Positions 38,590-48,510 of a stretch of 64,000 nucleotides of DNA are shown here, one piece after another. Source of the DNA: Bacteroidales bacterium (lineage in GTDB: Bacteria > Bacteroidota > Bacteroidia > Bacteroidales > UBA1715); contig JAKSTZ010000008.1 of the NCBI GenBank assembly GCA_024402335.1, forward strand, positions 565-64,564. Direction: 5' to 3'. The position numbers were made by a program, and so were the translations under genes. How positions within the stretch are numbered: position 1 is the first letter of the stretch; every line of letters begins with the position of its first letter. The notes below the pieces were generated by a model. The model did no database searches. It saw only the letters and a list, made by a program, of their open reading frames with translations, and had not been told where the DNA came from.

Positions 38590-40602
38590 ATGATACTACA
38601 AGATACTATAGACAAGGTTTTACTGACAGCTCGCATAGAAGAGGTTGTCTCCGACTTCGTCTCTCTTAAAAGAGCTGGTTCTTCCTATAAAGGTTGCTGT
38701 CCTTTTCACGACGAAAAGACTCCGTCCTTTGTTGTATCTCCTGCCAAAGGTATCTACAAATGTTTTGGATGTGGAAAAGCGGGAAATGCGGTAACATTCG
38801 TCAGAGAACAGGAAAAATGCTCGTATTCCGACGCTATACGATATCTTGCCAATAAATATAACATTCCCATCGTAGAAACCGCAATGTCTGCCGAAGCAAT
38901 GGAGCAAAAAGACATTCGCGAGAGTATGCTTGCCGTGAATAGATTTGCGACAGAGTTTTTTGAAAAAAACATGTGGGAAACCGACGAAGGCAAAGCTATA
39001 GGTCTATCCTATTTTATGGAACGTGGTTTTACCGAAGAAATTATCCGCAAATTCCATTTAGGATTTTGTCCGGAAAAACGAAGCGCATTTACCGATGCCG
39101 CAATAAAAGCCGGATACAAACTGGAATACCTACAGAAATTAGGCTTCACAAACGAACACAACTCCGACAAATATCACGGACGTGTCATGTTCCCTATCAC
39201 GTCTATCTCCGGAATGGTCATAGGATTTGGCGGCCGTATTCTTACTGCTGCCAACGAACACGCAAAAGACAACAAAGCGCCGAAATACATAAATTCACCA
39301 GAATCGGAAATATACAATAAGAGTAAGACATTGTATGGCATTACCGAAGCGAAAAGCGAAATAAGTCGCAAAAATGAATGTATTTTAGTCGAGGGCTATA
39401 CCGATGTTCTTTCCATGCACCAAGCAGGCATACGCAATGTTGTTGCATCTTCCGGAACATCGTTAACTAATGACCAAATAACTCTGATAAAACGCTTTAC
39501 AGAAAATATCGTTATCATTTATGACGGCGACAATGCCGGTATAAAAGCTGCGACTCGAGGTATCGATATGATTTTGGAAAAAGATCTTAACGTCCGTATA
39601 CTTCTTTTACCAAACGACGACGACCCCGATTCGTTTGCGAAAAAGCATTCCGCCGAAGAAATTGCCGAATATATTCAAGCAAATAAAACCGATTTTCTTA
39701 CATTCCGCATAAAATCAGCTACCACGGAAATACAAGACGACCCGATTGCGAGAGCTAATTTCATTACTTCTATTGCAACAACAATTGCAAAAATTCCTAA
39801 TAGCGTAAAACGTGCCGTTTTTATACAAGAATGTAGCCGTAATCTAAATATTGACGCACAATCTTTCGAAAATCAAGTAAAAGCAAGTGCCGGCATTCCT
39901 ACACGTACTTACCAAACATCGCAAGTACAAAAAATTACCACTCCAACAGTCCAACAACAAACCATTTCTGCCACAAACATAGCAGAAAAAGGTATTAAAC
40001 AATGCGAACACGACATTATCAGTTTACTGATAAGACACGGCAATAAAACTGTGAAAATCAGTCCATCCGACTTCTTTTATGAAAATTTCCACGAAAAATT
40101 TGTAAAGGATCCAAATAATAAAATAGATATAGAACTTTCAGCAAACATCGTCATCAACGAAATTACACAAAAACAGGTGGACGAAAATGAAAATCTAACG
40201 CCGATATACGAACCTGAGCGCACAATTTTCAACACATACTATCAAAATATTGACGAGCAACAAGAAAATATCATTTCATATCTTCTTAACTACTCCGATC
40301 CTGAACTTGTAGCAAACATTCTCGGAGACAATGGATTTGAAATCGACGTTGAATATTGGGACAAAGACAAAGAAAAAAAGAAAGAACTTAAGCAAAAAGA
40401 GCAACAAGACAAAGAAGACAACGAAATCAGCAATTTAGTCAAAGAAACTCTTTTGGAATACATGAAACGTCGTTACGCACAAAAGCGCATAGAACTTACA
40501 AAAAAAATCAAGCAAGGGGACAAAGCGAGTTTTGCAACATATCAGGCTATTACAAAAGCTATTGAGAACATTTCCAGAAAAACGAAACACACGACACTAT
40601 AA
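38590..40602 (+). CDS. dnaG: DNA primase DnaG
   Basis: The zinc ribbon is CCPFHDEKTPSFVVSPAKGIYKCFGCGKAGN. TOPRIM motifs LVEGYTDVLS and IIYDGDNAG are present. The start was chosen at MILQDTIDK; the ORF track begins 7 codons earlier, at 38569. Confidence 0.93.
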   Translation: MILQDTIDKVLLTARIEEVVSDFVSLKRAGSSYKGCCPFHDEKTPSFVVSPAKGIYKCFGCGKAGNAVTFVREQEKCSYSDAIRYLANKYNIPIVETAMSAEAMEQKDIRESMLAVNRFATEFFEKNMWETDEGKAIGLSYFMERGFTEEIIRKFHLGFCPEKRSAFTDAAIKAGYKLEYLQKLGFTNEHNSDKYHGRVMFPITSISGMVIGFGGRILTAANEHAKDNKAPKYINSPESEIYNKSKTLYGITEAKSEISRKNECILVEGYTDVLSMHQAGIRNVVASSGTSLTNDQITLIKRFTENIVIIYDGDNAGIKAATRGIDMILEKDLNVRILLLPNDDDPDSFAKKHSAEEIAEYIQANKTDFLTFRIKSATTEIQDDPIARANFITSIATTIAKIPNSVKRAVFIQECSRNLNIDAQSFENQVKASAGIPTRTYQTSQVQKITTPTVQQQTISATNIAEKGIKQCEHDIISLLIRHGNKTVKISPSDFFYENFHEKFVKDPNNKIDIELSANIVINEITQKQVDENENLTPIYEPERTIFNTYYQNIDEQQENIISYLLNYSDPELVANILGDNGFEIDVEYWDKDKEKKKELKQKEQQDKEDNEISNLVKETLLEYMKRRYAQKRIELTKKIKQGDKASFATYQAITKAIENISRKTKHTTL

Positions 40603-41700
40603 TGTCGTCTTTTCTATTTTTCCATCCGACACCTGCCAGAAAATACCTTCTTCTTTTCTTTGTTCAAATATAGTATGCAGTAAGATTTTATCGGTATCGG
40701 TTATAAATATCTGCCCAAATTCTTGTCCGTCAACTATATCGAATATGTTTTTTGAACGTTCCTTATCCAACTTATCAAACAAATCATCTAACAAAAGTAA
40801 AGGCTTTAGACCATTTTTATATTCACTAATAAGTTGATATTGTGCAAATTTCAATGCCAATAAGAACGTCTTTTTTTGTCCTTGCGACGCTGTATTTTTC
40901 AATGAACTGTCATTAAATTTAAAAGACAAATCATCTCGATGGATTCCTGTACTTGTATATGTCAAGCATAGATCTCGTTCCCTATTTCGTTCCAACAACG
41001 ATTTCATATTGTTTGAAAACAACTGCGATTCGTACTCAACTGAACATTCTTCTGTTGATGCTATTTTACCATAAAAATGTTTGGTCAACGTTGAAAGTGC
41101 AGCAACAGCACGTTTTCTTTCTTCAAAAATAGCTGTTCCTAAAATTGACAATTTTTCATCTATTATAGACAAATACACATCGTCAACAGGTTGATCTTGC
41201 TTCAAAAGTGTATTTCTTTGTTGTAATATTTTATTATACACCAATAAATTAGACAAATAATCCCTATTATACATAGAAATAAATCCATCTAAAAACTTAC
41301 GTCTTTCCGTCCCTCCTTCATAGATAAGCGAGACGTCATTCGGAGAGATAAAAACAACCGGCAACACCCCTAAATGGTCGGATATACGAGCATATTTTTT
41401 ATCATTACAACGAATCAGTTTACTTTTATCTTCCAAATTATATGCACACGAAACTTTCATGCCCATGTCATCGAGCAGATATGATCCTTGTAACAAGAAT
41501 GACTTTTCCCCTTGTTTCACATTCAAAGCATCATTTGTCATTAAATTGCTCTTACAACACGACAAATAATAAATTGAATCCAAAATATTTGTCTTTCCTA
41601 CACCATTTCTACCAACCAAGCAATTAACCCTTTCGTTACATTCAAACGAAAGTTCCTCAATATTGCGGTAATGATATATAGAAAGCGAATGCAGTTTCAT
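40597..41700 (-). CDS. recF: DNA replication and repair protein RecF
   Basis: 367 aa. Walker A is GRNGVGKTNILDS, the signature region is ASQGQKKTF and Walker B is LLLLDD. The 3' end overlaps the dnaG 3' end by 6 nt (convergent genes). Confidence 0.93.
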   Translation of the reverse strand: MKLHSLSIYHYRNIEELSFECNERVNCLVGRNGVGKTNILDSIYYLSCCKSNLMTNDALNVKQGEKSFLLQGSYLLDDMGMKVSCAYNLEDKSKLIRCNDKKYARISDHLGVLPVVFISPNDVSLIYEGGTERRKFLDGFISMYNRDYLSNLLVYNKILQQRNTLLKQDQPVDDVYLSIIDEKLSILGTAIFEERKRAVAALSTLTKHFYGKIASTEECSVEYESQLFSNNMKSLLERNRERDLCLTYTSTGIHRDDLSFKFNDSSLKNTASQGQKKTFLLALKFAQYQLISEYKNGLKPLLLLDDLFDKLDKERSKNIFDIVDGQEFGQIFITDTDKILLHTIFEQRKEEGIFWQVSDGKIEKTTL

Positions 41701-41704
41701 TGTA

Positions 41705-42646
41705 TTAATTCCAAATAGAATACGCAGGTTTGTACAATGTATATAGATTTAAGTCCGAAGCAAGTTCAACATTTTCAAACACGTCCTTTGCTTCTGTCAA
41801 ATGTCCGTTTAAATCCTTATATCGTGCTGAAAAATGTCCGATAATCAATTTTTCGGCATGAACCATCTGAGCAAATTCACCTGCTTGTCGTGCTGTAGAA
41901 TGATGCGTTGTATTCGCCAATGGCAATAAATCATGTAAAAATGTAGCTTCATGATACAGCAAACGTGCTCCTTGAACATATTGTGCAATATCCGGCTTCA
42001 ACATTGTATCCGAAATGTAAGCATACGAAAATGCAGGTACTGGATCTATTGTAAGTTCAGCATTAGGAATGACAGTACCGTCTTGTAGCGTAAGATCCGA
42101 GCCATTCTTTATACATTTCACTTCCTCTATAGACAAATCATACCTGTCAATAGCCTCTTTTTGTATCTTACGTTCTTTTGGTTCTTCCACAAAATAAAAG
42201 CCCCAACAAGGTACACGATGATTCAACTGAATAGCACGAATTTCATAACCTCGTCCTTTTTTTATACAGGCACATGGTTCCTGAGGCAAAGCAACGAACT
42301 GTAACGGATAAGAAAACGGTTGTTCAGTCTTTAAGAAATGATAGCGAACCAGTTCCTCCAATCCTTCTGGAGCATAGACAGTCAATGGATTTTTTCGGCC
42401 GGTAAGATTTAGAGAAGCAAGCAGACCAAAGAGACCAAAATAATGATCTCCATGTAAATGCGATATAAAAATGGAATCTATTCGTTCAAACGGAACTTTC
42501 GCCCTACGCAACTGCATTTGCGTACCTTCGCCGCAATCTATCAAGAAATATTTACTTCTGAAATGAAGTATTTGTGCAGACGGGAAGCGTACAGAATTTG
42601 GAGTTGCCGAGCTACATCCCAGAACAATTAGAGCGTTATCTTCCAT
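41705..42646 (-). CDS. rnz: Ribonuclease Z (metallo-beta-lactamase fold)
   Basis: 313 aa with the HxHxDH motif ISHLHGDHYFG and an exosite insertion typical of RNase Z. Confidence 0.88.
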   Translation of the reverse strand: MEDNALIVLGCSSATPNSVRFPSAQILHFRSKYFLIDCGEGTQMQLRRAKVPFERIDSIFISHLHGDHYFGLFGLLASLNLTGRKNPLTVYAPEGLEELVRYHFLKTEQPFSYPLQFVALPQEPCACIKKGRGYEIRAIQLNHRVPCWGFYFVEEPKERKIQKEAIDRYDLSIEEVKCIKNGSDLTLQDGTVIPNAELTIDPVPAFSYAYISDTMLKPDIAQYVQGARLLYHEATFLHDLLPLANTTHHSTARQAGEFAQMVHAEKLIIGHFSARYKDLNGHLTEAKDVFENVELASDLNLYTLYKPAYSIWN

Positions 42647-42993
42647 TAATCGTTGTTCAATAAATCATCGGCTTTTTCTTTCGTCGACACGATTGTAAGG
42701 ACAGAATCTAATTGTGATATTGTAATCAATCGTTCTATTGCCTCTTGTAATCCACACAAAACAAAAATCCCTTTAGAATTTTTACACAAACGATTTGCAA
42801 CCAATATGGCACTCAAGCCAGACGAATCGCAATACGCACAATTTGACAAATCCAAGACTATATTTTTTTCCCTATTGCCATTCAACTGAACCAAATCAGA
42901 TTTTAAGGATGCGGCAATACGAATGTCCAACCTGTCTGCCAAAATTTCAATCAGCGTATAAGTCGATTTTTTTGTAATTACACAGTAATCCAT
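42646..42993 (-). CDS. STAS domain protein (anti-sigma-factor antagonist-like)
   Basis: 115 aa with the SpoIIAA-like motif YCDSSGLSAIL. Its stop overlaps the rnz start by 1 nt. Confidence 0.8.
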   Translation of the reverse strand: MDYCVITKKSTYTLIEILADRLDIRIAASLKSDLVQLNGNREKNIVLDLSNCAYCDSSGLSAILVANRLCKNSKGIFVLCGLQEAIERLITISQLDSVLTIVSTKEKADDLLNND

Positions 42994-43029
42994 AGTTTAC
43001 AAATTTTGATGATTACAATACCTTATACG

Positions 43030-43037
43030 CAAATATA
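43030..43037 (-). promoter_or_regulatory. Putative -7 promoter box for the STAS-rnz-recF operon
   Basis: The reverse strand reads tatatttg (TAnnTTTG), 36 nt upstream of the ATG at 42993. Confidence 0.35.
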
Positions 43038-43045
43038 CATTATTT

Positions 43046-43080
43046 AATTGATAATTGATAATTGGCAATTGAGAATTAAA
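43046..43080. repeat. Heptamer tandem array AATTGAT AATTGAT AATTGGC AATTGAG AATTAAA
   Basis: Read directly from the sequence. The period is 7 bp with 5 units. It lies 9 bp upstream of the putative -7 box of the STAS operon and belongs to the same repeat family as 5664-5698. Confidence 0.85.
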
Positions 43081-43153
43081 TAAACTACAGATTTTGAAAT
43101 CACAAATTGTATCATTAAATAAATAATTTAATTCTATATAGATCATTTCATGT

Positions 43154-44227
43154 CTATATAGACGGAGTGATGATTACACGCCACTCACCAGTGTCTTCAT
43201 TTTTGGCAATGTACTTTTTTTCTCGCAAAAGCTTTAATTGTTTATTGACAGCCGATTTATTTATCCCTGTCACATCCATCAACTCTTGAATGGAAACTGA
43301 AGCATTGCGACGGAACATCTGCAGTATCTTACTTGTTGTCTCGGAACGAAAGTTGATGCGTTCACCATCAAACCACCACACATTCTCACCTCTTTCAGTC
43401 AAGAAGCGTATATTAAACTCTATCTCTTCCTTCATGAGTTTCTGGAAGTACTTCAAAAAATCGATTATGTCTTCGATTCTTGCATTTGCCCCATCTGACG
43501 GGACACTTCCAACTTTCAAGTCTGTCTTGTGCAATGCATCAAGATATTCTTGTTTCTTCCTGCTACGCACTACAATCATCGGGTATCCATGACGGAACAG
43601 GATGAAGTTTACCATCATTCTCGCAATACGTCCATTGCCATCTTCAAATGGGTGTATTCTAATATAACGATAGTGGAACAATGCAGCCAACTCTACAGGC
43701 GAGAGTGTTCCTCGTTTTTCCTCCTCATTATACCAATTCACAAGGTCGTTCATCAAGGCAGGGGTCTCCTCTGGCGATGCATACTCAAAACGGTCACCAA
43801 AACGCGTAATGACAGAATTCGGACGAGTCTTATATTGCCCCGCATGAATCACATAACTCGTTGTCATACCACCAGGCAAATTCCGATACACAGTATAGTC
43901 TTCTCGTAGCAGCGTTTTGTGAAGAGTACGAATAAATGATTGACTCAATGGCATTTCCTTCAGACGAGCCTCTTCTTTCATCATTTTCAAACCAACATCA
44001 CTGGCTTTCATTTCAATCACATCATCCACCTTAACCTCACCTATGATTTTTCCAAATAACAAAAGGATTTCTGTTTGTCCGTATGTTAAAGTATTGCCTT
44101 CTATATGATTACTGTTATAGTTAAAGTCGATAGCAAAGCGCCTGCTAAGCATTTCGTGGTCTCTGGCAGAGAGTGGTTGCATGGATTGCCATACCGCCAA
44201 AACATCCGATAAAGTTGAATACTTCAT
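43154..44227 (-). CDS. fic: Fic family protein (class II, internal inhibitory helix) with C-terminal wHTH
   Basis: 357 aa. The Fic motif is HPFEDGNGRIARMM. The N-terminal segment SNHIEGN matches the (S/T)xxxE(G/N) inhibitory motif. The C-terminal wHTH is SIQELMDVTGINKSAVNKQLKLL. Confidence 0.88.
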   Translation of the reverse strand: MKYSTLSDVLAVWQSMQPLSARDHEMLSRRFAIDFNYNSNHIEGNTLTYGQTEILLLFGKIIGEVKVDDVIEMKASDVGLKMMKEEARLKEMPLSQSFIRTLHKTLLREDYTVYRNLPGGMTTSYVIHAGQYKTRPNSVITRFGDRFEYASPEETPALMNDLVNWYNEEEKRGTLSPVELAALFHYRYIRIHPFEDGNGRIARMMVNFILFRHGYPMIVVRSRKKQEYLDALHKTDLKVGSVPSDGANARIEDIIDFLKYFQKLMKEEIEFNIRFLTERGENVWWFDGERINFRSETTSKILQMFRRNASVSIQELMDVTGINKSAVNKQLKLLREKKYIAKNEDTGEWRVIITPSI

Positions 44228-44253
44228 ATCTTAATCTTACTTCCGTTTATTTG

Positions 44254-44261
44254 CAAAAGTA
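44254..44261 (-). promoter_or_regulatory. Putative -7 promoter box for fic
   Basis: The reverse strand reads tacttttg (TAnnTTTG), 26 nt upstream of the ATG at 44227. Confidence 0.35.
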
Positions 44262-44494
44262 CACAAGTAATTCAAACAAACACTATTTTACATTTAAAAA
44301 GGTAGACCGAGACCACCTTTTTATGGAGTTTTATTATTTTATTGCATATAATCAAACACTAAAAGTAGATTTAATCCACCTTTTCAAGTAACATCAAATT
44401 TACCAAGAACAAAGCATTGATGACGCCTTTTATTTATGTTGTTGCTCCAACAGTTTTACGTCCCGGAAGCAGTGGACGGATTTTTTACAAATAT

Positions 44495-44531
44495 AAAAAA
44501 AGTGGAACATCACATTGACATTCCACTTTTT
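44495..44531 (-). terminator. Rho-independent (bidirectional-type) terminator after the TPR gene
   Basis: The stem pairs gtggaa (44502-07) with ttccac (44521-26). It is flanked by an A-run upstream and a T-run downstream. On the reverse strand the stem is followed by seven T residues. Confidence 0.7.
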
Positions 44532-44552
44532 AAAACTGTTAGGAACTATATC

Positions 44553-45884
44553 CTATAATTCGTCATATTTATTCTTAGTAGCCTTGTATTCTGTCATCAT
44601 ACTTAGTTTCAAGTAGATAGACATCAAATCACGATATGCGTTTTTCTTTGTTGCGTTATCGTTTGTAACAGCTGCAAAGTTTTCAATATAAGGAAGAGCA
44701 AGTTTCAAATAAGACTTACCTTCATCAACTTTTGCTTGATAGCCTTTCTTACCATACATTCCATCGGCAACGCTAAGGATATCAGAACCTTTCTTTTCAT
44801 AAAGAACACCAAGGTTCAAGTTAGCATTTTCATCTTTTGGATTGATTTCCAATGCTTTCTTGTAAGTATTGATAGCTTCAGTTACATTACCTTGAGCTTC
44901 ATACATATTTGCCAAAACAACCAAATACAATACGTTTTGTGGATCAGCTTCAATAGCCTTTTGTAGATATGTAACAGCTAAGTCACCTTGATTTGTCTTT
45001 TGATATAAGTCAATCAATTGGTTTAAGTATGCAACAGAATGTTTGTCTTTTGGGAATTTTTCAACTACAGTCAAACAAGTTTTTATTGCTGCAGTAGTAT
45101 CTTTTTTCTCTAACTGACAAGCATATACACCATCGTACATTTCAACTGTTTGGTTATCGCCAGCTAATGTAATAATGTCATTGAAGAAAGAAATTGCAAG
45201 ATCATAATTCTTAACAATTCTATTCATTACACCAGCATAATTCAAAGTAGCAGAAATAACAGTATCAGCTTCACCAGTCAAACCTGTCTTTGCAATATTT
45301 GCTGCTTGAGTGAAACAGTGTGCTGCATTTACATTATCCTTATTTGAGTAGAAAATGTAACCTTCTTTTTGATACAAGTTAGAAAGTGTCTTTAAATTGT
45401 TACCAATTTTAGTAGCTTGCTTTCCATCTTTATCCAATTCTTTTGCCTTAAGATAAGCTTCTGTTGCAACATCAAGAGCAGCTGTATGAGTTGGGAAGAA
45501 AAATTCTTTTGCTCTACCCGTTCTTTCATATTTTACAACTTTTCCACCAACGGCATAGATGTCAACACGATCATACGAAAGTATTGTTGTATCACCTTTT
45601 GCTGTTTCATTCTTTGCAGAACCTTTCATTATCATCATGATTTGACTTTGATCCAAACCTGAATAAAGGTTTTCTGCATCGAAATTATACACTTGAATAT
45701 ACTTACGACCACGTTCAGTCCACGTGTTCACTTTTATATTCTTTTTAGGGTTAGTTATTTCAGCATCTGATTTTTTTGCTTCTGCTTCAACTACACCCCA
45801 AGTCATTACGAATTCATCGCTTTGACTAAACGCTATATTTCCGAAAAATAATGCCGCTAAGGCAAGTGTAAGTTTCTTTTTCAT
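44553..45884 (-). CDS. TPR-repeat protein with signal peptide
   Basis: 443 aa. The signal peptide is MKKKLTLALAALFFGNIAFSQ. TPR units include AINTYKKALEINPKDENANLNLGVLY. It lies downstream of gyrA. Confidence 0.75.
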   Translation of the reverse strand: MKKKLTLALAALFFGNIAFSQSDEFVMTWGVVEAEAKKSDAEITNPKKNIKVNTWTERGRKYIQVYNFDAENLYSGLDQSQIMMIMKGSAKNETAKGDTTILSYDRVDIYAVGGKVVKYERTGRAKEFFFPTHTAALDVATEAYLKAKELDKDGKQATKIGNNLKTLSNLYQKEGYIFYSNKDNVNAAHCFTQAANIAKTGLTGEADTVISATLNYAGVMNRIVKNYDLAISFFNDIITLAGDNQTVEMYDGVYACQLEKKDTTAAIKTCLTVVEKFPKDKHSVAYLNQLIDLYQKTNQGDLAVTYLQKAIEADPQNVLYLVVLANMYEAQGNVTEAINTYKKALEINPKDENANLNLGVLYEKKGSDILSVADGMYGKKGYQAKVDEGKSYLKLALPYIENFAAVTNDNATKKNAYRDLMSIYLKLSMMTEYKATKNKYDEL

Positions 45885-45900
45885 CGCTTTCTATAATTTA

Positions 45901-48510
45901 TTATTCGTTAGTTTCTGAATTTGTTTCTTCTTGGTTTTCACCATCTTGACTTTGAGAAGCCGCATTTTCACCCTCAGCCATTTCGGCATTCGCTGCATCT
46001 TTCATTGCCTGACGTTCTTCTGGTTCCACATGAACAGTAGAAATAGCTGCTATCGAATCTTTTGGTCTCAAGTTAATCAATTTTACACCTTGAGCAACAC
46101 GACCCATCACACGCAATGGAGCTACTTCCATACGAATTGTGATACCTGACTTATTCATAATCATCAAGTCATCATCATCGTCAACTGCCTCAAATGCAAC
46201 TAATTTACCCGTCTTGTCTGTGATATTGATAGTCTTAACACCTTTACCACCACGGTTTGTTACACGATAGTCTTCTATAGAAGATCGTTTACCGAAACCT
46301 TTTTCTGAAACGACTAAAATTTCCTTTTTAGTATCCGCAGGCGCACAAATCAATCCTACAACCTTTTCTCCTTCTGGAACAGTCATACCTTTAACACCCG
46401 AAGCTGTACGACCCATAGGACGGAATTTTTCTTCAGGGAAACGAATTGCCTTACCTGATTGGATTGCCATCAATATTTCACATGTACCATCTGTCAAACA
46501 AGCATCCAACAATGTATCGCCTTCACGGATAGACAATGCAATGATACCATTTTGACGTGGACGAGAATATGCTTCAAGCGTCGTCTTCTTAATGATACCA
46601 TTTTCTGTACAAAGTACTACGAAGTGGTTCTTCAAGTAGTCTTCATCGTCCAAAGTATTTACCGTAACGTATGCTTTAACCTTATCGTCCGTTGAAATAT
46701 TAAGAATATTTTGAATTGCACGTCCTTTCGATACCTTGGTACCTTCTGGGATATCGTAAACTTTTTGCCAGAAACATTTACCTTGTTCTGTAAAGATAAG
46801 CAATGTTGCGTGCATATTGGCAATGTACAAGTGTTCGATATAATCGGCATCACGAGTATCGCCACCACGAGAACCAACACCGCCACGGTTCTGAAGTTTG
46901 TATTCTGTCAACGGTGTTCTCTTTATATAACCCATGTGAGAGATAGCAATTACAACATCTTCATCAGCATAGAAATCTTCAGGATTGAATTCTTCGGCAG
47001 CTTTAACTATATCTGTCTTTCTTTCATCACCGTATTTTGCTTTGATTTCAAGAAGTTCGTCCTTTACTATCTTCATTTGCAAATCGTAATTTGCAAGCAC
47101 ATCCTTATAATAAGCAATCTTTCTTTCTAATTCTTCATATTCAGCATGAAGTTGATCGATTTGCAAGCCTGTAAGCTGACGCAAACGCATTTCCACGATA
47201 GCATTTGCTTGTTCTTCATCCAAATCGAAACGTTTCATCAAATTTTCGCGAGCTTCAGCGACATTCTTAGAAGCACGAATAATATGAACAACTTCATCTA
47301 TATTGTCACAAGCAATAATCAAGCCCTCCAAAATGTGAGCACGTTTTTCAGCTTCGTTCAAATCAAATTGTGTACGACGAACTACGACATCATGACGATG
47401 TTCTGTGAACACTGAAATCATATCTTTCAAGTTCATCGTTCTTGGACGACCATCAACCAATGCAACGTTATTTACGCTAAAAGAAGATTGTAAATATGTA
47501 TATTTATACAACTTATTCAACACGATATTTGGAACCGCATCCTTTTTAAGTGTATAAACGATACGCATACCTTCCTTATCTGATTCATCATTAACTTCGG
47601 AAATTCCGTCGATTTTCTTTTCGTTAATTAAATCAGCTGTACGTTTAATCATTTCGGCCTTATTAACAAGATATGGAATTTCGTCCACAACTATTAAGTC
47701 ACGGCCATTTTCATTTTCGAAACGAGCCTTGGCACGAACAACAATTCTACCTTGACCTGTTTCGTAGGCATCAAGAACACCCTGATATCCATAGATAGTT
47801 CCTCCCGTTGGAAAATCAGGGGCTTTGATTATAGATGCCAATTCAGGTATTGAAATTTCTGTGTTATCTATATAAGCAACAATTGCATCAATAGTATCGC
47901 TCAAATTGTGTGGAGCCATGTTGGTAGCCATACCTACGGCAATACCCGCACAACCATTCACCAAAAGCATAGGAATCTTTGTTGGCAAAACTGTAGGTTC
48001 ATCATATTCTTCAGAGAAGTTTTTCTGCATATCAACAGTATTCTTCTCTAAGTCAACAAGTGTTTCCTCAGCAATTTTCGCTAAACGTGCTTCAGTATAA
48101 CGCATAGCAGCTGGATTATCACCATCAACAGAACCAAAGTTTCCTTGTCCGTCAACCATTGGATAACGCATATTCCAAGGTTGTGCCAAGTGTACCAATG
48201 TACCATAAATAGAAGAGTCACCGTGAGGGTGATACTTACCCATAACCTCACCGACAATTCTGGCAGATTTCTTATAAGGCTTGTCGTGCGTATTTCCCAT
48301 CTTATCCATACCGAACAATACACGGCGATGAACCGGTTTCATACCATCTCTGGCATCAGGCAAGGCTCTCGCTACAATTACGGACATTGAATAATCAATG
48401 TACGCCGACTTCATTTCCTTTTCAATATCAAACTGAACTATTCGTTCTCCAATTGTTTTTTCTACTTCTTCTGACATTTTTATTTGTTTTGCTGAAGGCA
48501 TTTTGCCCAC
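45901..48510 (-). CDS. gyrA: DNA gyrase subunit A
   Basis: 869 aa. The active-site Tyr region is NPAAMRYTEARLAKIA. The QRDR-like segment is GKYHPHGDSSIYGT. A GyrA-box beta-pinwheel C-terminal domain and an acidic tail are present. An alternative start, MSEEV, lies at 48477. Confidence 0.96.
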   Translation of the reverse strand: MGKMPSAKQIKMSEEVEKTIGERIVQFDIEKEMKSAYIDYSMSVIVARALPDARDGMKPVHRRVLFGMDKMGNTHDKPYKKSARIVGEVMGKYHPHGDSSIYGTLVHLAQPWNMRYPMVDGQGNFGSVDGDNPAAMRYTEARLAKIAEETLVDLEKNTVDMQKNFSEEYDEPTVLPTKIPMLLVNGCAGIAVGMATNMAPHNLSDTIDAIVAYIDNTEISIPELASIIKAPDFPTGGTIYGYQGVLDAYETGQGRIVVRAKARFENENGRDLIVVDEIPYLVNKAEMIKRTADLINEKKIDGISEVNDESDKEGMRIVYTLKKDAVPNIVLNKLYKYTYLQSSFSVNNVALVDGRPRTMNLKDMISVFTEHRHDVVVRRTQFDLNEAEKRAHILEGLIIACDNIDEVVHIIRASKNVAEARENLMKRFDLDEEQANAIVEMRLRQLTGLQIDQLHAEYEELERKIAYYKDVLANYDLQMKIVKDELLEIKAKYGDERKTDIVKAAEEFNPEDFYADEDVVIAISHMGYIKRTPLTEYKLQNRGGVGSRGGDTRDADYIEHLYIANMHATLLIFTEQGKCFWQKVYDIPEGTKVSKGRAIQNILNISTDDKVKAYVTVNTLDDEDYLKNHFVVLCTENGIIKKTTLEAYSRPRQNGIIALSIREGDTLLDACLTDGTCEILMAIQSGKAIRFPEEKFRPMGRTASGVKGMTVPEGEKVVGLICAPADTKKEILVVSEKGFGKRSSIEDYRVTNRGGKGVKTINITDKTGKLVAFEAVDDDDDLMIMNKSGITIRMEVAPLRVMGRVAQGVKLINLRPKDSIAAISTVHVEPEERQAMKDAANAEMAEGENAASQSQDGENQEETNSETNE

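Noticed and set aside
44173-44391. A 72-aa plus-strand ORF spanning the fic start region.
   Set aside because: It begins antisense inside fic, has low-complexity sequence and lacks a promoter or any other supporting context. The region is better explained as non-coding hairpin repeats.
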